In this document: positions 10,546 through 21,774 of the stretch, piece by piece
How positions within the stretch are numbered: the stretch's first letter is position 1
How the letters are laid out: each line of letters starts with the position of its first letter
From: Cyanidioschyzon merolae
Lineage: Eukaryota
NCBI GenBank assembly: GCA_000091205.1
Contig: AP006496.2
Strand: one strand, 5' to 3'
DNA: 64,000 nt
The notes under the pieces: model-generated
Told to the model about the DNA's origin: nothing
Databases searched by the model: none
What the model saw: only the letters and a program-made list of their open reading frames with translations
Made by a program: the position numbers and the translations under genes

Positions 10546-11931
10546 ATGCGTGAGATACTGCATATTCAGGTTGGTCAGTGTGGAAACCAGATCGGGCGCA
10601 AGTTCTGGGAAGTGATCTCCGAGGAGCATGGGGTCGACGCCCAAGGCTTCTATCACGGCGACTCGGAGCAGCAGCTCGAACGGATCAGCGTCTACTACAA
10701 CGAGGCTAGCACTGGTCGCTATGTCCCGCGAGCGGTGCTCGTTGACCTTGAGCCAGGGACGATGGACGCAGTGCGCGCTTCCGAGTACGGTACGCTTTTC
10801 CGGCCCGATAACTTTGTCTACGGTCAGTCCGGTGCTGGGAACAACTGGGCGAAGGGTCACTACACAGAAGGTGCTGAGCTTGTTGACGCAGTGATGGATG
10901 TTGTTCGTAAGGAGTGTGAGAGCTGCGAGTGTCTGCAGGGATTTCAGGTTACGCACTCTCTCGGCGGCGGCACTGGTTCCGGCCTTGGGACGCTGCTTAT
11001 CAGCAAGATTCGCGAGGAGTATCCCGATCGGATGATGTGCACATACAGCGTGATGCCGTCCCCAAAAGTGAGTGATACTGTTGTGGAACCGTACAATGCA
11101 ACGCTTTCGATCCATCAACTTGTCGAGAACGCTGATGAGGTATTCTGCATTGACAATGAGGCACTCTACGATATTTGCCAGCGCACGCTGAAACTGACGA
11201 ATCCATCATACGCGGACCTGAACAAGCTGGTTTCCGGTGTGATGAGTGGAATCACCTGTTCCCTTCGGTTCCCTGGCCAGCTCAACTCAGATTTGCGCAA
11301 ATTGGCTGTCAATCTCATTCCCTTCCCGCGCTTACACTTCTTCTCGGTCTCCTTGGCGCCTCTGACGGCAACTGCAAGCACTGCATACCGTCACCTGTCT
11401 ATTGCGGATCTGACGCAACAAATGTTTGATGCGAAGAACCAGTTTGTGGCCTGTGATCCACGCCAGGGTCGTTACCTCACAGCAGCGGCTTACTTCCGCG
11501 GCTCGCGTATCTCGACCAAAGATGTCGATGAGCAGATGAGCATGGTGCAGAGCAAGAACTCGGCGTACTTTGTCGAGTGGATTCCGCACAATATCAAGAG
11601 CTCCGTGTGCGGCGTTCCACCGAAGGGTCTCGATATGTCCTGCGTGTTCGTCGGCAACACGACTGCCGTGCAAGAGATCTTCAAACGGGTCGGGGAGCAG
11701 TTCTCTGCCATGTTCCGGCGCAAAGCTTTCCTTCATTGGTACACAGGCGAAGGCATGGATCCCATGGAGTTCACAGAAGCAGAGAGCAATATGAATGACC
11801 TCGTAAGCGAGTACCAACAGTACGAGCAGGCCGTAGCAGAGGACGAAGATGAAGACGTTGAGCAGGAGTTTGGAGCCTACAGAACTGGCGAAGAGGACAG
11901 AACAGCTATCGAAAGCTCGATCATGAGTTAA
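10546..11931 (+). CDS. beta-tubulin, divergent, with C-terminal extension beyond the acidic tail
   Basis: 461-aa intronless ORF. It starts [17 protein letters not shown], and has the GGGTGSG nucleotide-binding loop and beta-tubulin-wide conservation throughout. The acidic tail '[31 protein letters not shown]' is about 15 aa longer than usual. Confidence 0.9.
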   Translation: MREILHIQVGQCGNQIGRKFWEVISEEHGVDAQGFYHGDSEQQLERISVYYNEASTGRYVPRAVLVDLEPGTMDAVRASEYGTLFRPDNFVYGQSGAGNNWAKGHYTEGAELVDAVMDVVRKECESCECLQGFQVTHSLGGGTGSGLGTLLISKIREEYPDRMMCTYSVMPSPKVSDTVVEPYNATLSIHQLVENADEVFCIDNEALYDICQRTLKLTNPSYADLNKLVSGVMSGITCSLRFPGQLNSDLRKLAVNLIPFPRLHFFSVSLAPLTATASTAYRHLSIADLTQQMFDAKNQFVACDPRQGRYLTAAAYFRGSRISTKDVDEQMSMVQSKNSAYFVEWIPHNIKSSVCGVPPKGLDMSCVFVGNTTAVQEIFKRVGEQFSAMFRRKAFLHWYTGEGMDPMEFTEAESNMNDLVSEYQQYEQAVAEDEDEDVEQEFGAYRTGEEDRTAIESSIMS

Positions 11932-12708
11932 ACTAGCTATTTATCTGGTACATATCATTCATAAGCACATGTTTTTGCGTTGAAACCCGGTAAAACACTC
12001 ATGACGTTTTGTGTTGAATTGCAACCAGCACGTTATCGACCAGCTCTCGAACAAAACATCGCTTTATACGGGAGAAGTTGCTGCGGTATTGACCAGAGCG
12101 TACGAAAACTTGTGCAGGCAAAAAGTGTCTGGAGCGCGACATGCTCGGTACAAGGCAGCATCAGGAAGCGTACGGAGCCGCCGCTGCACACCGCGCCGGA
12201 CGCTCTTGACCTGAGATCAGCTCCTCGCCATAACGGATAATTCAAGTTCAGGTTTCGGCGTTACCAAAGTCTCCAGTGCGAAAGCATCTTTGGGCCACGG
12301 CTGTGAATGGCGAGACGCTTTTGTCGTCCAGTAGAGTTGCACAAGGCACTATTCAGAGCCACTTTCAAAGGCGACTGGGCTCGCGCTCAACACGCAGCGT
12401 GCACCTGGACAGCGCTCCTGAAGTTCATACAGAGCAAGTCCGGAACTCCTGTTCAGCACTTGCAGCGCACGTATAGAACATTCCCCAAGCGCCTACAGAG
12501 CTTTTATAGACCACCGCGCTCGAGTCCAGGCAGGCTCCGCTCAGCTGCATGGAACCTCAACGCCTCCGCTGAACTACAGAATCATCTCCGTTCGAGCGTT
12601 GACCTGTAGCCGGGCAGGATCCCGACATCCACCTGGCGTTGTCCTCGTGTGGTACTTTACATTACAGGAAACAGTTCCAATAGAAGGGCTGTTCTCAGTT
12701 TAGACTAC

Positions 12709-14178
12709 TTAACCGTACTGATCGTACTCTACACCGCTCGGGCAGTGCCGTACCCGACCACTCTCGGTTACCCTACCGACGATCTGAACACCGGGAACAC
12801 GCTCAGCCAACCAGCCACAGACCTGAGCAGCAGCGCTGGTTTCGACCACCAACACCATGCCCATGCCCATGTTAAATACACGATACATTTCCGCATCGCT
12901 GATAGATCCTGCAGCAAATTGCAGCCAGCGGAACTCCGGATGAACCGGCAACGGATTCTCAATATCAAAACCAAGATCTGATCGCCAACGCAGGAGGTTG
13001 CTGAGGCCACCGCCCGTGATGTGTGCGAGCCCGTGGAGCGCCTCATAGGAGCAAGGTGCTTGCGCGTGTTGCTCTCTGCAGAGACGCACAAGATCGGCTA
13101 TTGGGTTCACATAGATTGCCGTTGGGTACAGGAGCACCTGCCCCAGCGTGGTCATCGACCAAGTCGGTTGGTGCTCCTCGCCGGATACCATGAAACGCAT
13201 GCATGCTGACGCTTCTGTAGCTACATCGAAGGGTGGCGGTGCGTTCAGGTCAGCGCCTGAACGCGCCACAACTTTGCGAACCAGCGAATACCCGTTACTG
13301 TGAAGGCCCGATGAGGGCAGGCCTAGGAGCAAGTCACCTGGCTCGATGCGCCTACCGTCGAGCTGCGCTCCGCGTGGGAGCCAACCAAGCGCTGTTCCAC
13401 TCATGTCCAAGTGGGTCACCATATCCGGCAGACTAGCGGTTTCGCCGCCTGCTAGGGTAACGCGAGCAAGTCGACACGCTGCACCGAGTGCTTTCCCCAG
13501 TGTAGCCCAGAGGGCTGGTTCCGGATGCGGCGCTGCGATGTAGTCCACAAAGGCGAGTGGCTCCGCCCCGATACAAAGCAGATCGTTCACATTCATGGCA
13601 ACGCAATCGTACGGGATGCCATCATACAAACCGAGCTGTGTAGCGAGTACGAGTTTGGAGCCAACACCATCAGTGCATAGGGCGAGCAGTGTGTTTGGTC
13701 CAAAGTCGATCAAACCGGAGAAGCCCCCTAGTTGGTCGGCTGGCGCGCCTAGCGCAGGTGGGGTTCGGCCCGGTGCACCCAGCGCTTTGACAAGCGCTCT
13801 CACAGAGGCAGACTCGACGTCCAGATCCACGCCCGACTCTGCATAGCTCGGCGACGGAGCCGTTGCTTTTATCGCTGCAGCAGCAGCTATTCCAGGTCGT
13901 GTCCCCAGACCGCTTCTTCTGCGACAAACAAAGCGCACCGACGATCTCGAAGGTTGCGAATGACGTACTCGCGCTTTCACTTGGCGCGTGCTGGCCGCTG
14001 CTCGAAGACCAGGCGTGAAGAGCGCGTTCTTGAAGGCCACGATCGAGCGTTGACGTGAGGGCATTGCGAAGCGACCGCGTGAAGTGTTATGCTGTCTGGG
14101 GAATCCCGAAAACGCCTTTAATTGATTTCTCTGGTGCGCCAAACTTTCAAACTGCGTAAAATAGAGCGTTGTGTGCAA
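12709..14178 (-). CDS. purM: phosphoribosylformylglycinamidine cyclo-ligase (AIR synthetase, PurM), standalone, with about 100-aa N-terminal extension
   Basis: 489-aa ORF. 'YAESGVDLDVE', 'DGVGSKL', 'DCVAMNVNDLLCIGAEPLAFVDYIA' and 'LAGGETASLP' are PurM N- and C-domain signatures. The R/S/A-rich N-terminus is consistent with an organellar transit peptide. It is not fused to GARS or GART. Confidence 0.8.
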   Translation of the reverse strand: MHTTLYFTQFESLAHQRNQLKAFSGFPRQHNTSRGRFAMPSRQRSIVAFKNALFTPGLRAAASTRQVKARVRHSQPSRSSVRFVCRRRSGLGTRPGIAAAAAIKATAPSPSYAESGVDLDVESASVRALVKALGAPGRTPPALGAPADQLGGFSGLIDFGPNTLLALCTDGVGSKLVLATQLGLYDGIPYDCVAMNVNDLLCIGAEPLAFVDYIAAPHPEPALWATLGKALGAACRLARVTLAGGETASLPDMVTHLDMSGTALGWLPRGAQLDGRRIEPGDLLLGLPSSGLHSNGYSLVRKVVARSGADLNAPPPFDVATEASACMRFMVSGEEHQPTWSMTTLGQVLLYPTAIYVNPIADLVRLCREQHAQAPCSYEALHGLAHITGGGLSNLLRWRSDLGFDIENPLPVHPEFRWLQFAAGSISDAEMYRVFNMGMGMVLVVETSAAAQVCGWLAERVPGVQIVGRVTESGRVRHCPSGVEYDQYG

Positions 14179-15015
14179 CGCAAACCGAGCGACATGGTAA
14201 GAGGCGTATCAGCTGCACCCGTTTGCGATTGAAATGGAACGCTGAACTGTTTGCGCTTTTCATCCATTTCGATCGCTTTTCCGAACTTTTTGGGCGTGGA
14301 TGGCCTTGATCGTCAAAAAAAGGCAGCAATAGGGGCTCACGGATGCATACACGGTAATAGGAATTTTGGGCGTTATTTCGAAGTTGCTCCTTTCGCTGTT
14401 TGGTTTTGGAATTCGTTATTGCTCCGGATTCCAGATCATTTGCGACGACCTCGAATAACGCATTCGTAACATACCTGAAATCATTATCCAAAACAAGCGC
14501 ACAAGCCCCAAATATTCTGAATTCCTTGCGTGTGGATGCTCAAAGCTCGCATTCCTCAAGTTTTCGATCTTTCTGTTTCAGGGCATCTCGCGGACGCAGC
14601 AACTTGTGCCGCTCGATCGACGACGAAAAGAAAGTCAACTTCGTTCCCTAGAGGACTTGTTCAAAAGCTGATGCCGAAACCTTACTGAGCGTGTCAAGTC
14701 TTGTATTCGATTCCGTCCGAGTTACAAATTCTTCCCGCAGAAAAGCCCTACGAGGCGACAGTCGGAAAAGAACTACACTTTCGTGCGTATGCCCGTGTAC
14801 GACATCCTCGTTGATTGTATGCTGATACGGGTAGAAAGGCGAGGCATCAGCGGCTAAGAGCGGTCTCTCCTCCCGCCAAAGTCGCTTTGAAGCTCTCCGC
14901 GCATCGTCTCGCCAAGTCCGCAAGCCTGCGAAGCGATTCCTGTTAGCACCGAACGTCGACATCCTGGCATCGCAGCTAACGTTGCGCAAGCGTTACCGAC
15001 AAAGGCCTTCCTTGT

Positions 15016-17034
15016 TTGTATCCCTTTTTCTTCATGAATCAGGCTCGACTGATGAACTTGATTAGAAGCGTAAAGACCCATGTTTGTGCGGGATCACTGC
15101 AGAAGAGCGTTTACAGAGGGCTTTTGAGGAGGCAGTGGCTTCGTCGCTCGAGCAGCGCCGCTTCCGAGCAACCGCCTGCGTCGACAACGGCCTCCACAGC
15201 GACTCCGAGTCGTTCAACCGTGAAGCCTACCACACGGAATCACCGTCTCTCGCTATGGTACGTCGCGCTTGTGGTGCCATCCCTGACTTTGGGTGGTGTG
15301 CTCGTCGCGCTGGACTTGAACGATGCGTTTCGAGCACGGGCAGAGCGGCTCCTGCCGGGAACGACGCGCTGGCTCAGCCAGCTTACCGGGAAACCGTATG
15401 GTCAATCAAGCGAGAAAGATAGGATTCACAAAGCGACGGTCCAGCGTTCCCGGCTGCTTCACGCGGCTGCTACGCAGCTGGACAACGAGTTGCGTCTCGA
15501 GGAGGCACCGCCAACGGACAAGTCGTTCATAGGTCACGAGTCAACCGATAGTATACGAGCAGACGCAGAAACTGCTGCGACGCAGATCGCCTCGCATGAG
15601 AAAGACATGTTGAACATCTCCGCTTCGGCTGGTTTCGAAGAAGCACAATCTTCTGAATCAGCTGAACTCCAGGGAGCTGCAGATGAGGGATCTGCTACAT
15701 CTTCAGCGCATGCCTCCACGACGCAGCAGATGACTGCAGCCGAGTCGAGCGAGCACGAGGAGGCTTCACCGGTCAGCACAAAGCAAGCAAGCGCTTTGAC
15801 ATCGACGAGCACCACGTTAAGCGCGTCCACAGAAGCAGAGGCAACTGCGCAGCATGCCCCAGACACATCCGAGTTGTCCGCGTCGCGGGAACATATCCTT
15901 CCAACTGCCGTGGAAATGCAAGCGCTTGTCGAGCAACTTAGTGTGCTAGTTTTGGCAGAAGCCCTACGTGTACGGGAACTTGTGAAACCCCTAGAGTCGC
16001 AGTCTAAGTCCGGGTTACTTGGCGGACGCGGAGCGAATCCGGTGGAGCAACGACGTCAGCTGGCTTTAATGCTCATGAAAGAGGAAACCGCTCTCCAGCA
16101 GGACCTGGAACGGGCCCTGCGGCGTCTGGAAAAGCACCTACGGCAAGCGCTGGAGCCCCAAATCCTTGCCCAACTGCGTCCGCAGTTCGAGAAGGCCTGG
16201 AGCGACCACGAGGCTCTGCTGCGGCAGCAGATGCAAGATGAGCTCGATACACAACGATTGGCACTGCAGCGTGAGCAGGTCGATCGACTTTTAGAGTTGC
16301 AAATGTTGATGGAGCGCGTGGAGGCTCGAGCGCTCCGCGACCGCCTCTACAAACAGTATGCACACTGGGCGCAACGGACTGCGCTGTTGTGGCAGGCTCT
16401 CGCTGTGCGGCTCACGCGGGGAGAGCCATTTTTCGCTGAACTTTCGGCTATGCAACAAGCCTGGCGCTCATTAGCAACCTCCAAAGAAAACCCTGAAAGT
16501 TCGCTCGATACTTGGCAACAGTCCGCCGCCTTGGTTGAGTGCGTGCTCTCGGGTTTGGCCCCTGCCATTGCGATGCAGGGTATACCACCAGCGAGCGCTC
16601 TCCAGGAACGTTTCCTCAATCACGTCTTTCCGGAGAGCCGAGTCGCAGCGCTCATGCCGGCCAATCGAGGGGTCTGGGGTTACTGGCTGGCAAGAATAGC
16701 TGCCTGGTTGAAGACCAATCGACTTGAAGAGAACCTTGACCAAGTCAGCGTCATCCAGATTCTGGACGCCGAAGACGCAAGAGCGGAAGAGCAAACAAAG
16801 CCAGGCACAGGTTTGGCGCTAACGATGGAGCAGCGGCTGCTGTGGGCTCGCCGTTGCGTGGAACGCGGTGATCTTCGGCACGCGCTCCAGCACCTTCAGC
16901 AGATTCCTGCAGACTCACTGGTCTCGCGAATCTGTAAGGATTGGATGACGCAAGTTGAGCGATATCTTGTGACCGAACAGGCAGTCCGGATTATTCGCGC
17001 GGAGTCTACGAGCGTTACCGCAGCTTTGTGTTAG
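15016..17034 (+). CDS. MICOS subunit Mic60/mitofilin-like inner-membrane protein
   Basis: 672 aa. It has a basic N-terminus, then one TM segment 'LWYVALVVPSLTLGGVLVALDL', then a long coiled-coil and acidic/low-complexity middle. The C-terminal 'LLWARRCVERGDLRHALQHLQQIP...ICKDWMTQVERYLVTEQAVRIIRAE' fits the mitofilin C-terminal domain pattern. Confidence 0.5.
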   Translation: MYPFFFMNQARLMNLIRSVKTHVCAGSLQKSVYRGLLRRQWLRRSSSAASEQPPASTTASTATPSRSTVKPTTRNHRLSLWYVALVVPSLTLGGVLVALDLNDAFRARAERLLPGTTRWLSQLTGKPYGQSSEKDRIHKATVQRSRLLHAAATQLDNELRLEEAPPTDKSFIGHESTDSIRADAETAATQIASHEKDMLNISASAGFEEAQSSESAELQGAADEGSATSSAHASTTQQMTAAESSEHEEASPVSTKQASALTSTSTTLSASTEAEATAQHAPDTSELSASREHILPTAVEMQALVEQLSVLVLAEALRVRELVKPLESQSKSGLLGGRGANPVEQRRQLALMLMKEETALQQDLERALRRLEKHLRQALEPQILAQLRPQFEKAWSDHEALLRQQMQDELDTQRLALQREQVDRLLELQMLMERVEARALRDRLYKQYAHWAQRTALLWQALAVRLTRGEPFFAELSAMQQAWRSLATSKENPESSLDTWQQSAALVECVLSGLAPAIAMQGIPPASALQERFLNHVFPESRVAALMPANRGVWGYWLARIAAWLKTNRLEENLDQVSVIQILDAEDARAEEQTKPGTGLALTMEQRLLWARRCVERGDLRHALQHLQQIPADSLVSRICKDWMTQVERYLVTEQAVRIIRAESTSVTAALC

Positions 17035-17338
17035 GCGAGTCTCGAGAGCGAGTGATCCTTTCCGAAGAAATTTTCATATGCAGCAATCGCCCCTGTAGTC
17101 TGCTGACGGAAGAAGCACATTCTCGAGCGGGCAAGGTGCCAATTTTCAGCACGGGATGCAGCTTGTCGACATGAATTGCGTTCTTTGGGAAGTAGACGCG
17201 GCTTCTCGATCGCTGATGCAGTCTGTTCTCGGCGAGCAGCGGCATCGCTCGCGAGTGAGCCATGCTCGTTGATCCTTCAACGACCTGGAATGATCTGCTC
17301 TCGCGGGCACACCTTTCACAGGTGAGCACGAATGAAAC

Positions 17339-17812
17339 CTAGATTTCTTCCGGTACGGCGATATCGCTCGCTTCTTCACTGGTGTCCGCGCTGGGCAGGC
17401 TCGCCAAAGCCGCTAACGCTCTCCAGCGCAGTGCAACGGCTTCCAGGGTACCTCGCTGTCCACTTGGAGTATCCCATCCGAATGCAATGACGTTATCGGT
17501 AGTGTATACTAGATTCAGTCGTCTCCAGTCATGATCGGAGCCAGGAGCAGCGCTGCTTGGACCGATGACGGTAAACTGGGGGCAGTCTGTCGGACACGGA
17601 CCGCATGTCGGGCTAACGGACTCGTTCAGGGTGACCTGCTCGCCACAGAGGCGGTGACCTCGGAACGAACTCTCCCAGAGTTCACTTTCTGGTCCCTGTT
17701 GCTGTCCGGTGTCCGTGGCGCTCTTCCGCACAACCCAGTATGCCACGGAGTGCGCGGTCAGCGCACCGTCCCGAGCTATTGTACAGGGTAGACGAAAGAG
17801 ACCCTCTGACAT
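17339..17812 (-). CDS. hypothetical protein; weak ApaG/DUF525-like motifs
   Basis: 157-aa ORF in the gap between Mic60 and the hydrolase. 'FRGHRLCGEQVTL' and 'FGWDTPSGQRGTLEA' resemble ApaG 'VRGEGVVGEQPVL' and 'LETPSGTMQGTY'. This is weak. Confidence 0.25.
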   Translation of the reverse strand: MSEGLFRLPCTIARDGALTAHSVAYWVVRKSATDTGQQQGPESELWESSFRGHRLCGEQVTLNESVSPTCGPCPTDCPQFTVIGPSSAAPGSDHDWRRLNLVYTTDNVIAFGWDTPSGQRGTLEAVALRWRALAALASLPSADTSEEASDIAVPEEI

Positions 17813-18197
17813 GTGACTCGACTCCTCGGAAGCAAAAGCCCTCTCTCACGCTGCTGCGATGTGGTAAACCGTGTGTTGTTTTCGACGATGTGTCTTCTCG
17901 CGCGAGCAAGTCCCTGAAAGCAACAGTGTTCTTCTACAGTGCCGAGTTTTCGTGGACTACTCGGCGTTTCCGAAGTCGTACCTTCGCAAACAAGCGTGTC
18001 AATTCCTTGGAAGCAACAGGTTTATTCTTGACTGTCAAGTTCGTGTCACCGGATGCAAAGCCCAGCACAAAACCCGGAGCAAGTTCACCGGACCTTTCGA
18101 GCCTGTTCGGGGCTGTCGACTTGCACCGCTGCGCTCGCCGCTCGACGCCTTGTTCTGTTTTATGCGCTGCACACAAGCGAGACTGCGTTCTCCGTAA

Positions 18198-19145
18198 GTG
18201 GTTCTATGCTGCATGCACCCAGCCGCAGCACAACCTTCACGAATTGTCGTGTGCATTCATGGGTTTGGCGGATTCCGCTGGCAACTCGTACCGCTCGCGA
18301 GCTCCCTCAAGCGCTGCGGCTTCAACGTGTACAACTACGGCTACGCTGCCCGAAAGCACACGCTTGAGGAGCATGGACTGCACTTGGCAGCGTTCCTCGC
18401 TTCTATTGCCACTGAGTCCGGTCTCAGATCAGACGCTTTTCCGACACGACTCGGTTCCATCTCCTTCGTAACACATAGCTTCGGTGGCGTGGTGCTGCGG
18501 GAGGCGCTCACGGGTACCGCCTGGCACACGGCACGCTTGACGCCAGAGGCTGCACGTCGAGGGCGAGCAGTCTGTCTGGGACCACCGTTTGGTGGTGTTG
18601 CACTTGCCCGAGCGCTTCGACACCGTGAGGCTCACGGCCGAATGCCGTATCGAATTATCGAACGGCTTGCGAGGACACTACTGGGGCCTGCCGCGGGTCG
18701 TGAGTTGCTCGAAATGCCTGCCGAATGGTTTCTCCGCCGAGGAGGCATGCCCGATTCCATGCCTGTGTTGGTGATTGCCGGCGACATGGGACCCATTAAC
18801 CCACTTATTACGCGAACGCGGTCTCCCGAGGTCCGGTCCCAAGAGTCTGCATGGGGGCGTGGACAAATTATCAGCAGTGCAGCGTCGGAGGTTGCACCAA
18901 GTGATGGTATTGTGGGCGTTCATGAGACCTGGCTACCGAGTCGACATTGGTTCCTGCGGGTGCGGCTGCCTCATCACATGTTATTGTATGCGCCGTCTGT
19001 CATGGAGGCAACAGCGCAGTTCCTGCTCGCACAAGGTGATGATGCGTTGTTTGACTACAAACTCGCTGGTGTTGCGTTCAGGAACGAGAGGTACAAAGTA
19101 GCCGGAGACCCGGATACGGAAGCCGAGAGCACTGATCGACGTTGA
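18198..19145 (+). CDS. alpha/beta-hydrolase fold protein (putative lipase/esterase, DUF676/PGAP1-like)
   Basis: 315 aa. 'IVVCIHGFGGFRW' is an oxyanion/HG motif and 'SFVTHSFGGVVLREAL' is the GxSxG nucleophile elbow, both in the order expected for the fold. Confidence 0.6.
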   Translation: MVLCCMHPAAAQPSRIVVCIHGFGGFRWQLVPLASSLKRCGFNVYNYGYAARKHTLEEHGLHLAAFLASIATESGLRSDAFPTRLGSISFVTHSFGGVVLREALTGTAWHTARLTPEAARRGRAVCLGPPFGGVALARALRHREAHGRMPYRIIERLARTLLGPAAGRELLEMPAEWFLRRGGMPDSMPVLVIAGDMGPINPLITRTRSPEVRSQESAWGRGQIISSAASEVAPSDGIVGVHETWLPSRHWFLRVRLPHHMLLYAPSVMEATAQFLLAQGDDALFDYKLAGVAFRNERYKVAGDPDTEAESTDRR

Positions 19146-19272
19146 GCTAGTGTATGGAAGGTCGTTCTTGTGCAACTATTCGGAAGCACTAAGGCACGGC
19201 GTTGTGAACGGTGAGGCGTCGGCGCGAAATCCTCCAGACTGCCGCAAAGCTCTCTGCCGACCGCAAGGACCT

Positions 19273-19374
19273 GCATCTTCGTAGTCACGCGGTGTCCACG
19301 AAAGGATGACTATGCTGCGACCTTCATCTTCGTAGTCACGCGGTGTCCACGAAAGGATGACTATGCTGCGACCT
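19273..19374. repeat. 51-bp tandem duplication (x2)
   Basis: 'catcttcgtagtcacgcggtgtccacgaaaggatgactatgctgcgacc' occurs twice back to back, just downstream of the hydrolase gene. Confidence 0.8.
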
Positions 19375-19911
19375 GTCACCTGCTCGGGATCCGAGCCGCT
19401 CAGCGCCGAGCGCTGGTCAAGGACGCGAATGCGAGCTTCTTCTCTGTTCGATGCTGCATTCAGGAAAGACTTTAGGGGGCGTTCTACGTGGCATTAGGAA
19501 TGGCGACGCTCGGGATGGCCTCTTTCCGCAGCGGTTTGTTGTTCTACCAATACGAGCCTCTGTGCCTTGCAGCGGTTCCCGTTATCGAATGAAGCTTTTA
19601 CGAAGCAGATCTCAGCGGGAAACGCGGTAACTGTCGCAGTGTAGCGACGTCTCGAAAACTCGCATGTTCGGCGTGTTACGCGGCATCATCACAAAGCGAG
19701 GTTCTGGACACTGGCGATATATCGCCGAGTTTTGACTTGTTTCCAGAACATTTTCTTCGATTGACGAGCTTCAGCAGGCATGGAGTTGGGTCCTGCTTTA
19801 GAAGTCGGTGCTGCTCGCGAAACTTATGCCGCGGTCAGCACAGCGCTTCTGTGACGGGGAGCATGCAAGTCAGCTGGCTAGTCGCATTACTTTGCAGTGG
19901 ATCACGCTGCC

Positions 19912-20613
19912 TTACACGTTGAAATTGCTAGTCGAGTTATCCACAGATGAGCTGTTGTTCCAGAGAGGCTCCTCATCGAAGATGGACTCAGCCGAAGTGA
20001 GGAACTGGGCGAGGCTCGGCCCCGGCAGCGACCTGGATGCACGTCGAGCTCGCTTCACCACAGATGATTTTGCGCTTGTATCTGTCAACTTGTATGGAAG
20101 TGTCTCGTGCTCTGTGCGGACGTTACGCGGGTTCTGCATCTCTTGCATAAACCCAGTGATAGCTGCGTCAAGTTCGTCCGGGACGGAGCTCGGATTCTCG
20201 TGCGCTTGTGGCGCTATCAGGTCTGCATTTCGAACGAGCAGAGGTTCTGTTGAGTCGCTGCTCTCCAAGCTATATAGATGGGCATCTTTTCTCGGTCGGA
20301 GGGCGAACCTAGCGCGACACCGAGGACAGCACAGCAGGTACCGCCAGTTGCGGTGCTCCGATGGAGCGTGCACCGCAGTACTCGACTCTCGCCGAACGGT
20401 TAGCTTGCGTCCCCGCTGTATATAAGTCTGACACCGTAAACACTGCAGTGTGTAGGGCAGTACCAGTCGTTTCCGTTGCTGGGTCGTTGTGAGCACCGGG
20501 TGCGGGTGACGTTCCGAAACGGACGAAAACGGTGTTTGTGCGTCCGCTCCCCGTTTACGTTCTGTGCCAGGTGGCTCTGCGTTCATGTCCGAAATCTGTC
20601 GTCTGGAACACAA
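19912..20613 (-). CDS. Yju2/CWC16/CCDC130-like zinc-ribbon (DUF572) protein, putative splicing factor
   Basis: 233 aa. 'LVLPYTLQCLRCQTYIQRGRKLTVRRE...WRYLLCCPRCRARFALRPRKDAHLYSLE' parallels CCDC94/CCDC130 '...[21 protein letters not shown]...[25 protein letters not shown]'. The N-terminus does not match; an intron or a different start is possible. Confidence 0.4.
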   Translation of the reverse strand: MCSRRQISDMNAEPPGTERKRGADAQTPFSSVSERHPHPVLTTTQQRKRLVLPYTLQCLRCQTYIQRGRKLTVRRESSTAVHAPSEHRNWRYLLCCPRCRARFALRPRKDAHLYSLESSDSTEPLLVRNADLIAPQAHENPSSVPDELDAAITGFMQEMQNPRNVRTEHETLPYKLTDTSAKSSVVKRARRASRSLPGPSLAQFLTSAESIFDEEPLWNNSSSVDNSTSNFNV

Positions 20614-21774
20614 TTTTTACATGCGTCGAGCGCTCGCATAGTAAATAATGCCCTGCGAGGGTTCACAATGAACGCAGAAACTCTGAAATCCTGTCCTCAG
20701 CAACGGCGACGAAGCAGCTTGTCTACAGTGCGGCTCGTTGCTCACACGCAGCAGGTGTGCGTACTGGCGGAGGTGTCCAGCAAGTCACCTCAGAGGCAGC
20801 CAAGGTATTGTCGTTTCGTGCGCCGTCAAAGCTAATCTAAAGTCGGCGGGGCTTGGACGACCCTACGCGTCATTGTCCTGAAGGTCGAGAACAGCAATAT
20901 TCGCTGCACGATGCACCGACTGGAGAGCGATGTACGGATATACCGGTGAATGGGTGAGGGCTTCGTAGCGCACCTGCGGTACACCTGCTTGCTGGATGCT
21001 GCACAGAGCAGGCAAGGATATTCGTCTATGTCGATGCATGGAGTAGTTCTCGGTTGCATACCTGTTGAGCATCTTCCTCGGAAGACGATGTACATCTCAC
21101 TTGCAGCATGCGCTCGCCCCGATGGCAGACTCGCAAGCGCAGCACAGAAACTTGTGACTCGCAATATTCTGAGTCACTGAGCAAGCGGCAAGTCTGAGGG
21201 CACTTATTTGACAAGTGCACTGGAGAGGCACTCGTCTCGACACCGAAGAGTAGGAAATATCTGGATAGTCCTCAGCATGCGTCCAGTTGGTTGTGCGAGC
21301 CATTAGCGGATAGCGCTCAGTGGTCATCCTGAGGAACTTCCCCGTGATTATAAAAGTTACAGCGGTGACGGCCAGAGATTCACCTCGGAGGTTGTGGAAT
21401 AAGTTGATTCGTTTTCTAGATCAGCAGAGAACTCTTCCCATCTCACTCGTTCCAATGCAGCCGTACGGTAATATGATAGAGTCATTCCTCATGTACCTGC
21501 AGAGTGAGTATCCAGAGCTTGGTCTTTACGATGTGCTTCAAACTTTATAAGAGATGCCAGAACGCGTCTGGAAACGTGCCGAACACTCCAATGTGCTCGT
21601 CTTTCTTTCAAACCGAGGAGAGAGCCTCACGCCCCAACCGCGATACATCCGAGCCTCCGTCATGCTAGGCGGAACACGGCGGTCGAGGCTCAGGAGCTAT
21701 ATCGAGCCGTTTGCGTTTCGGGGGCCTTGATCTGGGCACTCGGCCGCTATCATTGACAGCTCCCTAGGAAACGC

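Noticed and set aside
10489-11118. 209-aa ORF antisense to the beta-tubulin gene
   Set aside because: It overlaps a strongly supported CDS on the opposite strand, has no recognisable motifs, and is an expected by-product of GC-rich sequence.
17740-18471. 243-aa (+) ORF overlapping the start of the alpha/beta-hydrolase gene
   Set aside because: It lies in a different frame from the hydrolase core and has no motifs. The hydrolase frame carries the HG and GxSxG elements.
19808-20425. 205-aa (+) ORF opposite the Yju2-like ORF
   Set aside because: The minus-strand frame carries the paired zinc-ribbon C..C motifs matching CWC16/Yju2. The plus frame has none.
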